A stretch of 57,993 bases of DNA. Origin: Cirrosporium novae-zelandiae (taxonomy: Eukaryota). Within the stretch, counting starts at the first letter, position 1. Each line of letters opens with the position of its first letter. The notes below the pieces were generated by a model that saw only the letters and a list, made by a program, of their open reading frames with translations, was not told the origin of the DNA and searched no databases. Below are positions 1 through 14,794 of this stretch, in pieces. The DNA lies in NCBI GenBank assembly GCA_026023565.1, contig JAPETS010000005.1, positions 930,001-987,993 of the forward strand. The letters run 5' to 3'. A program made the position numbers and the translations under genes.

Positions 1-1196
1 TAGGTTGCCTGAGTTGCACCATTCATCTCCGCCATAAGAGCTAATATTTTTATCAATGGGTTAGAATCTGCCGAATTCGCTTCGCCTCAATCCAATATAA
101 TAATTGAGATCCTCCAACCAACCCAAAGGTTCTCATTGAATCACGTCGACTCGATCTTAGTCTACTCTTTAATGAATTGTTGTGGCCATCTCCGGACATC
201 TCATTTTTCTCTACCAGAGAATACTTCTAGAGCCATAGCATCTAAATGCTTTCCTTAATTTTCTTGAGATTGACCACGTCAACTAAATTAGAAATAATAA
301 TTTCATTACACGTTAATTCTATAAATTTAAATTATTGATGTTCGCTCGTCGGTGTTGTGTTTGCTGTGTTTGTTGTATTTGCTGCTACAACAAACAGGCG
401 GGGATTATTTGCAAACTCAAAGGGCGTTGATCTCAAGTCACTCTTTGAATGTCGTACCATTCCCTCTTTTAGCTTGTGAACGTTCCAGTCCCATTTTTCG
501 CCAAGTAAATCTTTGGATCATCGCGATGTTACAGAAATGGCTGAAATAGATGTCATGGGCTGAATTGAAAATATGAGAGGCCATGAGAAGACCATGAAAA
601 GGCCATGAAAGGCTGCCGAAAAAATAGAAGATTTGAAGTTTATGTTGTCATTGTGGTGCCACATATAATTTAGAACACTCCAAAATCCAAAGGGGAAAGT
701 TCAGTCGCACTCCTAACCAGAAGAAAGTAATATGTAAAGATTCGAGGTAATTCCAATAATTGGGTTGGAGGAAAATGTCGCAACGGCTTGCATCTCCATC
801 CATGTAGCTCCACTGTCAAAGATACATGCATGGAGCAATGGACATGCAACAATCAAATACTGAAATTCAATTTGTTCTTGATATTATAAACTTTTAAGCT
901 GCTGCTGAAGCTCGTTGTCACTCGTACGATACCCGGACGATATCGACATGCCCCTCATTGACCCCTCCATCACATAGTCAACGATAATCTATATATTTAG
1001 ATGCCTTTGTCTCTTCATCTTTTATCTTTATCCTTCATTGCGTTCATTCTTGCAACTGCAGTATTATCTTCTTCAATTGATCTGCTTTCACTAGCTTCAA
1101 TTTCTTATATACTTCGTACTCTTCCTCTTCCCTCTTTGTAGTTTTAATACTGACGGACTCGTAGATCGAGTCAAGTCAGTCTTTACATCCTTCAAA

Positions 1197-1254
1197 ATGG
1201 AAACCATGACCTGCAATCGACTGGAAAACTGCCATAATGATCAAGGTATATCAG
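1197..1254 (+). promoter_or_regulatory. uORF-bearing alternatively spliced 5' UTR segment of THI4
   Basis: In-frame uATGs at 1197 and 1206 lie between an upstream donor GTCAGT (1175) and downstream donors GTATAT (1246) and GTAAAC (1255). Splicing from either downstream donor to 1445 gives a uORF that is out of frame with, and overlaps, the THI4 ATG. Confidence 0.75.
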
Positions 1255-1263
1255 GTAAACTGA

Positions 1264-2556
<1,293 letters not shown>

Positions 2557-3315
2557 AGGCGTTTTGATGACCTTTAGGAAGGTTTTGCAGAGGATCAAAT
2601 GATGACACGATCATTGAGTGATGATGAGATGGAATTTAAATTTAGTTTGTGCGTTATGTTTGCAGCCATTCCTTAGGAAGAGCTGTGTCAATACAGGCTA
2701 TTTGTTCTTGAAACTTTAGCATATCGTAAATGTTTTGTTCGAGAAATATCTTTAAGTGAACAATAAGTAGTCTACGAAAATATTGTTAACCAGTCTATGA
2801 TAGTCGAAGGGTGGTAATTATGAAGGAGACATGTTTGCCATCTATCAGTCATCTCGCCGAAACAAAATCAGATCAAAGAATTTGTCAGCATGAGAAGGGC
2901 GATGAGGATCCAACAGGGATAACACTGTGTCCGAAGGCATGGGAGAGCAGTCACAACAAAGCATCGATTGGAGAACAAATATAAAAGTTCATGGGATGAC
3001 CTCGATCAGGATGATGCCTTGGGAATAAATAGAAATCTTTTTGAAATTGGAAATTGTCAGACGTGATGGGTTATTATTATGATGATGGACAAAAGGCAGC
3101 TTTATTCAGAGAGACTGGAGGATCTCGGAAGAATATTGTAGTTGGTTCGCTTGTTAAGTTTGTAGGCTTATAAAATAGGCTTATATTGGAGATGAAAATA
3201 GGAAAGGCCAAGGAGTCAAGGTGAGATAAACACGAAGCTTGGGCAATTATGCTTACAGCAGCACTTGGATGGTGACGATAGTCTAACAATCAAGCCCCGG
3301 AGTGTGGTGGTTGGT

Positions 3316-3360
3316 CTAAGAAGTCTAAGAAGTCGAAGAAGTCTAAGAGGTCTAAGAAGG
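3316..3360 (+). repeat. Imperfect 9-bp tandem repeat (CTAAGAAGT)x5
   Basis: ctaagaagt ctaagaagt cgaagaagt ctaagaggt ctaagaagg. Confidence 0.8.
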
Positions 3361-4408
3361 GTCTGTTGGGTCTTTTTTGGATGGCGTGGTTGGGTCTTTC
3401 GGGGTTGGACATTAGGCTTTCGGTTAAGCTTCACAGCCGAGAGTTTGGGGGGTGCGAGGCGGTGTTGCTGAAGGATAGAACGGATAGGAAGAGTACCCAG
3501 GTACAGTACAGTACAGGAGGTAATTAATTACCCATCAATAGATCATCCATCATCCATCATCCATCATCCAGAATGAAGTCATCTATACGTATCACGCGTA
3601 TCACACGTATCCCACACATCCTTTCGTCAGATACTCAATTGATCAAAATTATCCATCTCTTTTTTTGAAGAATCATTTTTTATCTACATTAAAGAACCAA
3701 GTAAAACATGGGTCACTGAAAGGATTCGGTCAAAGGATGTCGATTGTGGATATTAATCCCTAGTTAGCTTTCTTTCCTTGTCGTGATTCGCCTTTTCTTA
3801 CATTTTTCCAGCACTCCAAAGTGGACAATGAACGGGTGGCATGTGGCAGCTTGTCCTGTGTGTGTAAGCTAAATTCAAATCAGAGGGTTCCAGGTTCCTT
3901 TTCTCGCTATTCCGAGCTATCCATGTATCCAGGTACTTTCCACACCTTCAACGCCCATCAGCCTCAGCAATGACTAAATAACTATATCTCAGAGTTCAAT
4001 ATTAAATGTTGCTAAGCCTGGAGTCTCTTGGTGTCTCTCCATGGCGTCCTGCACCCCTCCTCTAGGGCTGACAGCTGTCCCTTTAGCTGCAAGAACCCTT
4101 TGTGTCGACAAATAATAAACACTCGTACATGTTCCCGACAAACTATCATCTCTTTGTCCACTCGCCCCTCTTGGCTTTGCTTCATTTCTCTTGCTTAGTC
4201 CCTTGTGTGATTGCCTGGCTTGTTTTTGTTTCTTGACCTACTTTTTTCATTCAACCCAAGGCTCTACATGCCATCATCCTAAAAGGCAACACCCGCCATC
4301 CTGTATCCTTCAAAATTCAAGCCATTTGATAAAAACCAATTTCCCCCCCGATACCCAAGGGTTTGGTTTTCAACATTTGCTAGGGAATTTTTTATATCTT
4401 TTCGAGTC

Positions 4409-5790
4409 ATGACAAACAGGATAGCGGACAAGATGATTGCTTTACCATCTCTCATCACGACATTAGCATGGTGCTGCATTCTAAATCCGTCGATTGCATC
4501 GGCGGCGACAACAGGTTATGCCTACTCAGCACCTACAGGATCAGCATCTACGACGTCCACGGCCTCATCAACCTCGACTGGTGCCGTCACGCACACTGTT
4601 GACGTTGGAAAGGTACAGATACACAGCTTCCAATCCAACTATTGAAATAGACCAGAAAGACTGATCAATATATCTTATTTCTAGGGTGGCTTCACATTTG
4701 TCCCCGACTCGATAAATGCCAATGTCGGCGACACGGTAGAATTCGACTTCTTCCCCACCAACCACTCGGTCGTGCGCGCCGCCTATGGCTACCCATGCAT
4801 CCCCTACGAAGACACCGGCTCCAACCTCCAAGGGTTCTTCTCAGGTTTCAAGGTAACCACGGAAATATCCAACGACCCGCCCAAATTTAGCATCAAGATC
4901 AATAACACTCAACCCATCTTCTATTACTGCTCGGCGCCAGATTCGTGCATCGGTTCAAAAATGATCGGTGTCATCAACCCCAACTCCAGCGTCAGCCTCT
5001 CACATCAAAGACAGTTAGCAGGTGAAGCTTCCTATATGCTTCAGCCGGGTGAAGCGTTTCCTTCGGAAGAAAACCCCTTTAGTACAACCTCAGCAGGTAG
5101 CTCCGCAACTGCCACCTCTACATCCGCTGCCTCCTCGGGAAGCTCGCATGGTCACTCGCTCTCATCGGGTGCCATAGCGGGAATCGCAGTCGGGGCAGCC
5201 GGCGTGGTCGTCATGGCCTGCGTCCTCTTCTTCCTCTGGGGCCGCAACAAAGAAATGACCAAAATCCTACGCCCATCCAGCAAGACCGCCGCCACAGGAG
5301 CAGCCGACGGTGGCGCACCTCCACCATGGAGCGGTGGTGCAGCCGGAATCACGGATGCCGAAAAGGGCCAAAATGATCTCAAGCACCAATCCGTCGGCAG
5401 TGGATACCCATCATCGGAACTACCGGGGTATTCCCAACATACGTCGATGGCACCATCATACTCACCTATGGGCTCGCCTCCCATGCGTAGCTATAGTCCA
5501 TATGTCGATGGGGTAGGCTCGCCACCGATGAGTCCATCTATGGCGCCGTATACACCCCATAGCGACGAGATCATGTCGAATATGGGAATGACGAATGCGT
5601 ACGTGTGGAATTGATTCTCTCGAAACCCGAAATCCAAAAGGAAACAGAAATATGTGCTAACGAAATTAATAGACAATACCAGCAACAGAACCAACACCAC
5701 ATTCACGAACTCCCTGGTGCCGAGGCAGCCAGTCCGGTCAACGCCGCTTCCCACCCAGACCCCCAAAAACGAAGTGAATTGGGTTCGTAA
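4409..5790 (+). CDS. Cupredoxin-like extracellular Ser/Thr-rich single-pass membrane protein; exons ~4409-4612, 4685-5598, 5673-5790
   Basis: Signal-like N-terminus. Cupredoxin-like motifs HTVDVG, ANVGDTVEFDF, NHSV, GFFSGF, PIFYYCS..SC..MIGVIN. Ser/Thr stalk, TM segment GAIAGIAVGAAGVVVMACVLFFLW, Pro/Ser/Tyr-rich tail. Start could be 4433. Confidence 0.85.
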
Positions 5791-6499
5791 CCTACCTACC
5801 TACTTATTTACAAAATATAAATACCTATACTTTTTTTTCATGTTCATTTTTGAAGCGGTAAATGATATAAAAAATTAATCTGAGGTGTATGGGATGGTTT
5901 GAAGAAGAAATGGGAAGCAATGGAAAGAAGGAGGCATGGATCGAAATCGAAGTTTTTCCCCTATCTTTTAATTAGCTCTGATTTTGGATTCGGTGCATGA
6001 ATGGATGGCTGGCTGGATGCGTTATTTAAGTGACCCAAGTGATTTGATGGTTGTATATCCTATCCATCTTCTGTTTACTACAGTACGCTACACTACGGTA
6101 TGCGATCGGATTATCTTGCGCTGCCATATTCGGGTTCGAATTAGGATTAATCGGAATCAATTGGATTAAGGAGCCGGGAGGGGGGGAGGTGTAATCGGCG
6201 TTTTTCCTTTTTTCAATTCTAGTGAAACCTAAAGAACTGAAAGAAAGAAATGTGCGAGGGAAGGAGGAAGGAGTACTTTGTGGTTTTGTGTCTTTGCTCT
6301 TTGCTGTTGAGCTCGATGATGACGGAGGGAGGGACCTGAAGACGAATGAACTCCAAACCTATATCAAATTACATTTTTTTTTTATCTTTGTGATAAATAT
6401 GATGGATATTGAACCGACTTTTTATGTAGATACATACCTAGGTAGATAAGTGGCAAAATTAAGCATATCTATGTGAAGTGTAAGCAAGATGCTGGCGCG

Positions 6500-9400
6500 G
6501 AACATGGTTTGACGTGCAGCATAGATAAATCCTTTATATTAGAACCGAGGTGTTGCATTTGCATTTGCATTTGCATTGCAGCAATTTATTTACCCCGGTC
6601 ACTAGATATACTTAGTACGGCCAGCCCAGCAACCCTTTAGATCGATAGATATCCCATCCCCATTTCGATTTTATTGTAGCCCATGAACATATTCGCCCAC
6701 AGCCATGTGACCCTAGATCTATCTATCTAATGATTTCCCCCATTCACCATCCCTTGTTTGAACTATCCCTCATCCCTCAGCCCTCTAGACTAAGCTGTTT
6801 CCCCCACATCTTAAACTCGGAAATCGATGTCTGTGTGCCATCTCTACCAAATACCAAAACTAAAAAACTAAACCAAAAACCCTTGTACTGTATATTTTAA
6901 TTCTATTTCTATTTCTATTAATGATGTTGATGTTGATGTTGATGATGATGATGATAACGATGTTGATGTTGGTATAGATTATATATGAGCTCCAAGAATT
7001 CTATAGATAACCTAGTCCCTTGTTATTTGTCATTTGTCATTATTTATCTTAGTTATCTTAGTTGTGTTGCATTCTATTCAAGCGTTTCTATTTTGAATGG
7101 ATGGATGGATGGCTTTCTCTCCTAAAGAAAGACTAGGACTGGATGAAAAGACTAGAGGAATGGAAGGATGGAGGGATGGAGGGATGGGAAGGGGGGGGGG
7201 GAGATATGATTCCCGCTCCCCCCCCCCCCCCCCCCAAAAAAAAAGAAAGAAGGAAGAGGAAGAAAAGGCCAGCTGGTAGAGTAATTAGTATTTGTATGAA
7301 GGGGAGGAATGAAGGGGAATAAGTCCATGAGTATTATAATTATCATTGTAATTGTAATTGTAATGGTTCTTAGAACCAAATACAGCTATAATTAAGAGCA
7401 ATAGAAAGAAGGGGAAAGGAAAGGGCACTGCAAGGAAGGACATTAGACTAAGGCATTAATTATCTTTACTGCTGGACTTGAATTTAGATTTGAATTACCA
7501 TTACCATTACCATCATCCACAGTACCCCCCCCCCCCCCAATCATTACCAGTCAGTCCAGTTCTACCAAGTATAGAGCTTTTTAATTAGACTAAGTAATTA
7601 GTCTTATCTCTCCCCTTCGATAACCCTTTTATATCCTATATCCTATATCCTATATACCATATAGCAGTCAACTAAATTAATCGACCCAACTCAACTCAAT
7701 TCAAACCTCGATCATATTTCAACATTTTACTTTTTACTTTTTTTTTTTTTTCCTCTCGCTTAAATACAGACCAGAGACAAAACAGACATACATATTTACA
7801 GTAGTCTAATTAATTAATTAATTAGAAAATAAAAGTTAAATACTTCTTTATTTACCTTATCTTACCTACTTTTCTATTTTTTTTTTACTTTTTTTTTTTA
7901 TTCTATTTATATCCCACCTACCTACCTATCTACCGACTTAAACATCTATTCTCTATCGACTGGCTGGCTCCATGGGTATGAGTAATGAGTTTTAAGCGGG
8001 TCAAGTGAAAATCGACCGACCAACCGACCGACCGACCGACCGACCGATTTGGTCGTTCCAAAGTTTAGGATAAGGTAGAGAGTGTGAGGGGGGTATGGGT
8101 ATAAGTATGGGTATGGGTATGAGTATATTAGGTATATAATACTGGGGGGGTAGATATTAATGGAAAAATAAAATGGGGATAGGGATATGTTATACGAGAG
8201 AGATATCTCATTTATATCCCCATATCCTCACTTCTTCATATCTTATCTATCTATCTATCTATCTAGGTATCTAGGTATCTCGTAGTACTGATAGTCGGCT
8301 ACTGTAACCTAGCTAGCTAGCTAGGTTCATATATATCCCACCGAAATTCTACATATCCCACAACTACCCCCATTAATCCCCTCCAGCAACATCCACATCC
8401 ACATCCACACCCCAAAATCACAAACTAGTTTTTTCTACAACCTCTTTCTCTCTTTTTCTCTCTTTTTCTCCATATAAATCCAAAAAATCTAATTCATCGA
8501 CCCCCCCCCATTAACCCTTATCCATATATTCGTGTGTGGTATTAGGGTATTATATAAGTAGAATAAGGGGATGATGGAGGGAATAAATGGAGGAATAGAT
8601 AAGGGGGGGGGGGGGTGTTGTATGTATCCTACATATATACATACATACATATATAGACATAGCACATGGATGATTTCGTTTATTCATTTATTATTATTGA
8701 TGAGGGGGGGGGGTAATAAAGAGTTTTTTTTTTTTTTTTTTTTAATTAGGGGGGGCTAGAGAGAGAGACAGAAAAAGAAAAAGAAAAAAATAATTTGTTG
8801 CTTGGATATCATATATCATCGCACATTAGGAATTAGGAATTAGCAATTGGCATTTACTTCCTTCGGTACTTCGGTACTTTAGTGCTTTAATGCCTTGTAT
8901 TTGTTCGTATTTATTTATGTCAGCATTTTGTGTGATTTTATGTGTATAATGATGGTAATAACAATAATAATTTTGGGGGAGGGGGAGAAAAGAATGGTGG
9001 TGAGAAGAGAGTATTGGGAAATAATAGAATCTAGGGAATATCAACTACGTATCCCATATTCCCCATATTCTATATTTTTATATCCCCAACACTAGACCCC
9101 TAGACCTCGTTCGTATCTGTTCCAGTAGCGTAGCGGGATTTACCCTCCCTCTATACATTTTTTTTTTTTTTTTTCTTTCAGTTTGACTTGGTTATCTAGA
9201 TAGGTAGGTAGATGAGTAAAAAAAGGTAAAAATATTTTTGTTTTTATTGATTTGGATTACGTTGTGTTGTGTTGCGTTGCGTTCTAATAGTAATAAATAA
9301 AGATGGTGGATGTGGGATGTGAGATGTGAAAATATGGATAACAGAAAGAGGAAAGGAGAGAGGTTTTGGGTAATTAGTTGTGTGTGTAATGTGGCTGGGT

Positions 9401-9620
9401 TTTGTATTTGTATTTGTATTTGTATTTGTGTGGGCTTTTCGTGTTGCTTTCTGTGTATACAATCACAATAATAATTTCAAAGAACATGATGAGAAATATG
9501 AGAATAGAAAAACATGGAAAGGATCCGGGGACCCGGTTTTTGGAATCGTTGTGACGTTGTACACTTGTAACGGAACGTAATGCAATACAATGCAATCAAA
9601 TCATCCATTCCTTCTTCTCC
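6500..9620. repeat. Microsatellite/homopolymer-rich intergenic tract
   Basis: (GATGTT)n/(GAT)n at ~6922-6970, poly-G and poly-C at 7191-7235, (CCGA)n ~8023-8046, (GGGTAT)n, (TATC)n, (TAGC)n, (TTTGTA)n ~9402-9428 and long poly-T runs. No credible ORF. Confidence 0.85.
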
Positions 9621-9844
9621 GTTTCCTTGCCTTGCCTATTCATAGTGTCCAGAAAACCCCCTTACCCAACCCCTAAACGCACAACCAAACATAAATGCAA
9701 GACCCATGGTACAAATATAATATAATCCAGAAATGTTTTTGAATCCCAAACGTGAAACCCCCCTCCTCCCACCATTTACCGTCACCGGACCATTCCAACC
9801 TAACCCAATCCCACCTTTTATCCATATCTTTTTCTCTTCACATC

Positions 9845-11702
9845 CTATTCATTATGCAACACCTTCTCCGCCTGCTCTCCATGCCGATCCCCCGACACCA
9901 GATTATGCTGATTCCCATTAGCCGTCGTCGGCGCCGTCACGGAGCTGCTGCTTCCATCTCTCTTCTCCTCCAACATGTCGCTGTGTTCCTGAATACCGTG
10001 CCGCTCCTCCATGGGGATGTGGTGCTCGCCCTGCATCGGCTGTTGTCTCGAGGGCGTCCAGGCTAGGAAATCACGACGCACCTCGACGTAGTCATATGCG
10101 AATTCGCCTAGCTGGTCGTCGTCCATGCCGATGAGTTCAGCTTCTTCAGAAGCCCGTAAGTGTAGGCCCGGAATGACGTTTACGAGGTGTGCGAGGATGG
10201 CGGACATCACGAAGGCGTATCCCGTGCACGCGCAGATGTACGCGAATTGGATGTAGAGTTGTTTGTAGTTGTGGTTGATCCAGCCCCCAGGGGTGCCGTT
10301 GAGAACTCCGTCCAGACCGATGATGTAGTCGGCACCGAAGAGGCCGTTGGCCAGCAGGCCCAGCATCCCGGCAACTCCGTGCTCGGCGAATACATCGAAG
10401 CTGTCGTCGATTCGGATTAGGTATTTTACTTTGGTTGCGTAGTTGCATACGATGCCGGTGATCACGCCGAGGATTATGCTCGCCCAAGGGGTTATGAAAC
10501 CCGAGGCTGGTGTGGCGGCCACGAGTCCGCAGATGCATCCCGAGCACCAGCCGACCATGGTCCACTTGCGTGCCAGGCGGAAATCGAGCAGGGTCCAGGC
10601 GGCTGCGGCGAACATGGCGCATAGGTTCGAGTTCCAGCATGCCATGACGGCTCGGAGGTTTGCGCCGAATGCGGATCCGCCGTTGAAGCCCAGCCATCCG
10701 AACCAGAGCAATGTTGTTCCCAGCACGATCAAGCTCACGTTGTGAGGTCGGAAGTTTACCATCATCTTCTCCTGACGACGTCCCAGAACCATCGAGTATG
10801 CGAGTGCCGACATTCCGGAGCCGATTTCCACGGGTCCACCTCCTGCGTAATCCATGCCCCCCCAGGTGAAGAACCAGCCGTTGGCGTTCCATGCCCAGCA
10901 TGCGATGGGGCAGTAGACGAGAGTCGCCCACAGAAAAATCCAGACCATGGCGGGCATGAGGCGGCCACGTTCGGCGACGGCGCCTACGACGATGGCGGCT
11001 GTGGTGGCGCAGAATTGCATCTTGCCCCGCGTGTCAGCTGATGAAATCAATATTCAATTGGATGGGTAGTGGGAGGTGGTTACCTGGTAGAACGAGTATA
11101 GAAGCTCGGGGATTAATGGGGAGCCTGGACTGGGCGCGCCCAAGGTGTTGATCAGACCGAAATGTCTCAAATCACCAATGTATCCACTCGTTCCTGTGGA
11201 CGAAAAGGCCAGAGAATATCCCCAAAAGTACCATTGGAAAGTTATGATGGAAAAGGAGGCCATGCACGCCCATAGCATGCTGAGGGCGGATTTTCGGCGC
11301 GCAAGACCAGAGTAGAGAAACCCTAGACCAGGAATCATGACCAGCACCATGGCCGAAGCCACGATGATGTAAGCCATGTCTCCATGGAGGTACCATTGAT
11401 TGAGATTTTCGGTGGCTGTGACATTTGGATGGAACTATTAGTAAATGTATCGAAAAAGGTCAATTGGCTGTGATTTTTGAAGCTGTTCGAGCTTGTCAAA
11501 AATGAGCCAGTGGAATGTTGTTGATGTTGACGTTGATGCTTGCGCTAGTCCCGGGATTCGGAGGAAGCTGTCTTGGTTGTCCGGTCAAGCTCCTCCAAAA
11601 AACACAAAAAGAAACAAAAAGAAAAGACATACCGGAATCACCACCAGTATCGGAATTGGTGCCATTGAATGGAGTCGGGGCGCCAATCCACGAGTACGAC
11701 AT
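9845..11702 (-). CDS. MEP: Ammonium transporter (Amt/Mep family), ~525 aa; exons 11702-11633, 11415-11084, 11020-9845
   Basis: PGLGFLYSGLARRKSAL, QWYFWGYSLAF, YQMQF, DYAGGGPVE, RPHN, LWFGWLGFNGGSA, GLVAATP, DDSFDVFAEHG. The spliced length is divisible by 3. Confidence 0.97.
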
Positions 11703-12875
11703 GACGGGATGGATAGCAAATGACTTTGGGCTGGTCGTGTCGGGTGCAATGGAAGAGATACAAAAGTAACAATGGTTGAGCTGTAGGGTGTGAGGTTGTA
11801 TTTATGTCACCGACACGATCATGAGAGGTTTCAACCGGAGAGAGCCGGGGCGGTTTAACTGTTTTTTTTTTGCTAATGGTCGTGAATTATTCGAAAATTT
11901 AGACACGAACTGCTGGGTTTAGTCGACTACTACTCGGTGTATTAATATTCATTACCTATACCTGTGAGAAGACGGTCAAGGTCTTATCTCTTTCCACCTT
12001 CTCCAAGAGTAGACGTCCAGAGTATATCCCAAGAGTCAATCCCATCATCATCATCTTCTTTTTACTTGGCATGTTGCTGTATACAGAGCTTTCGTTAAGT
12101 ATTACCAATTGGTGTGAAGAAATCTAAATGATCGACGTGAAAAGGTTAGGGGGAGTGCATTCTGGACCAATCAGAGGGACCCATGACATTTAAACATGAC
12201 ATAGGGCTTAGTGCTCTTGGCTCATTCATTGGTCAAAGATAAGGCCCCATGTATCTTTTTTTTTTGAACTGCTTTCCATTCTTCTCATCCCCAGACCCAG
12301 ACCCAGACATCCCACCTACACACCCTTCCTAGTCAATTACAAGCATCCGAGACGCCTTGTGTTTCCTCTGGGTTGTTTTTACGTTACTGCGTTTTTTATT
12401 TACTCTCCTTACCAGCATTTTTTGTGAGCAAAGCACTCTTACGAATCTTGACTGTTGACCATTGAGATCAAAGGTAATTAATTATACACGATAATAATAT
12501 ATGTAGTTGTACAACACTGCTTTTCAATTATATGGCACACGCCAAAGCAGCCTTCAGCCACCCCAAGGTAAACCCTGGACTAGACGGATTGATTATATAC
12601 AAGAATCCAAAACGAAATCACTTCCATATCCACATTCATCCCCACAAAAACCTTTTTCCATCGCATCCACTATCCCACCTCCCCTTTTATCCCTTGTAAA
12701 AACAACCCATGTCCATCATCTAAAGACGACGACCACGGCTGCGCCATCCAGCAACGTTTTCATTTCCGAAACCCTGACCACCAAAATCTGGCGAGGAGAA
12801 TCCGCTTGGTTGAGATGCTGTATATACAACAGATGAAATCAGCATGCATTCTCTCTTGTATAGGATCGAGTGTAA

Positions 12876-14423
12876 TTAAGCCTCACATTCCTCATCGTCG
12901 TCATCGTTGTCATCGCTGTCGTCATCAGATGATGAAGTGGATGAAGGGGCAGAGCTGCTGTAGGTGGCGGTTGCAGATGAGGCGTAGTAGGCGGTGGCAA
13001 AGGTAGAGGTGGGCTTGGAGTCTAGAGAAGCTGTGACAGAGGAGTACGAGGAGGCGGAAGATGAGGGGTAGAAGTCGGCGGCGGATGAGGAGTAAGAGTA
13101 GGCAGAAGACGAGGGGCTGGATGAGGAGTAGGAGTCGGAGGAGTCTGAAGAATCCGAGCTAGACGAGGAAGAGGAAGAGGAGGAGGATGAGGTGGAAGAG
13201 GTGGTGCTGTTGGAGCTAGAGCTGGACGAGGTGGTTCCGGACGAGGAGATATCGGAAATTGTGCAAGAGGCACCCGAGGGGACGTTCTCGCAGTCGGAGC
13301 TGTCATCTGTACCACCGGTGAAGGTGATGGAAGAAAAGGTCCAGTCGGTGCAGGATCCATCACCGCAGAGGATGTAGATCTGGGCTGCGTCATCGCCAAC
13401 GGAACCGGAGATGTCGGTGATGGTCACATCGGAGACGGTAATACCGTTGCTGGGGGTTCCGGTGGGGGAGCCGTTCTCGTAGTCCTGTTCGATGACAATT
13501 CCGTAGTCGTTTATGCCTGAGAGGGTGATGCCAGTGTAGGTGACATTAGAGACGGTACCTGTCTCGTCGTAGATAGTCTTGATGCGGATACCGTTGTCGG
13601 AGTCGGAGATGGTGCTGTCAGCAAAGTAGATGTTTTCGACCGTGTTGTCGTCGCGGCCACCAACCGAGCCGATGGAAAGTCCATGTCCACCCGAGCAGCT
13701 ACCACCGGTGAAGGTGATGTAGCTACCAGAGTTGATGGCGACACAGTCATCTTGGTTTTTGACGGTGGCACCCGTGATGGTGACGTAGGTGGACTCGCCG
13801 ATGTCGAATGCATCAGTGTTGTGGCCCAGGTCATCAGTGTCGCCATCAGAATCATCGATGGTGACGTCGCTGATGGTGAGGCCATCAGATCCATCGATCG
13901 AGAAGCACTGGACTGGAGTGTTGAGGATGTTGAGGCCAGTCACGGTGGAATCGGTCAAGTCGTGGAGGTAGAAGAACTTGGGCTTGGTAACACCACCGTT
14001 ACCACCCTCACCATCCCACCATCTGGAGCCGTCACCATTGAGCGAGTTACCAGAGGCACCCGAAATGGCAATGCCAGTTCCGGAGATGGAGATCATAGGG
14101 CCATCCCATTCAGCGTAGCCAAAGGTGGTCTCTCCCTGGAAGATGACTGCGGTGTCATCGTTGAGGTCCGTGAGGTCAAGGGTGGTGCCGGATGGGACGG
14201 CAATGTTGTCTAGCACGATGGTAGCGCAATCTGTCTTGGAAGCTGAGGCGGCATCGGCATCAGTGAAGGTGCAAGCACCGCCAGAGCGTGGCTTGAGCGC
14301 AGCATCACGCTTGGCATCCGAGAGCTTGGCAGCGACTGTGGGGGCAGGAGCCGGAGCGGCGGAAACGAGAGCAGCGCCAGCGCTGAGGAGGAGGAGGCTT
14401 GCAGCAGAGTTCAAACCAACCAT
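12876..14423 (-). CDS. GH28 endo-polygalacturonase with Ser-rich acidic C-terminal extension (intronless, 515 aa)
   Basis: Signal peptide, KR propeptide site, catalytic motifs NTD, QDD, GHG and [13 protein letters not shown], and a ~125-aa Ser-rich tail. Confidence 0.96.
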   Translation of the reverse strand: MVGLNSAASLLLLSAGAALVSAAPAPAPTVAAKLSDAKRDAALKPRSGGACTFTDADAASASKTDCATIVLDNIAVPSGTTLDLTDLNDDTAVIFQGETTFGYAEWDGPMISISGTGIAISGASGNSLNGDGSRWWDGEGGNGGVTKPKFFYLHDLTDSTVTGLNILNTPVQCFSIDGSDGLTISDVTIDDSDGDTDDLGHNTDAFDIGESTYVTITGATVKNQDDCVAINSGSYITFTGGSCSGGHGLSIGSVGGRDDNTVENIYFADSTISDSDNGIRIKTIYDETGTVSNVTYTGITLSGINDYGIVIEQDYENGSPTGTPSNGITVSDVTITDISGSVGDDAAQIYILCGDGSCTDWTFSSITFTGGTDDSSDCENVPSGASCTISDISSSGTTSSSSSSNSTTSSTSSSSSSSSSSSSDSSDSSDSYSSSSPSSSAYSYSSSAADFYPSSSASSYSSVTASLDSKPTSTFATAYYASSATATYSSSAPSSTSSSDDDSDDNDDDDEECEA

Positions 14424-14750
14424 TTTGAAGGATTTTATAAAGTTGCAATGAATGTAATCGATGTCGTGAGTGAGTGAGTGAATGAATGTGCAGAGGCGTC
14501 AAGTCTCTGGAAAGGAAAGAATATAGCAGGGACAAGAAAACTGCTGATCGCTTGAAAAGAAGGATGGAGAAGAAAGGAAACCAAACAGCAATGAGAGGAG
14601 ATTATATATACTATTGGAGGTCCAGCCAGAGGATATTAGGGGTAGAGTCAAGTACGCGTTCCTCTAATATTCCCCTCCCATCCGCCCATGTTTGTAAATG
14701 AAAGCAAGTGGAGAAGTTCCTAGCCCATCTGATCTCTTAGCCAAGAAGAG

Positions 14751-14794
14751 CTTGAAAATGCTTGAAAGTGCTTGAAAGTGCTTGAAAGTGCTTG
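14751..14794. repeat. 10-bp tandem repeat (CTTGAAAGTG)x4 upstream of the polygalacturonase gene
   Basis: cttgaaaatg cttgaaagtg cttgaaagtg cttgaaagtg cttg. Confidence 0.85.

Noticed and set aside
6500..9620. Short ORFs in the microsatellite tract
   Set aside because: Translations of simple repeats (NTNTNT, FVFVFV, poly-G/F).
10146..11041. Long alternative-frame and antisense ORFs over the Mep gene (likewise over GH28, ETR1 and PFK)
   Set aside because: Shadow ORFs caused by codon bias; no independent motifs.
14681..14689. TCCGCCCAT as a GaaR-type galacturonate response element
   Set aside because: Mismatches the TCCnCCAAT consensus; a single short near-match is not evidence.
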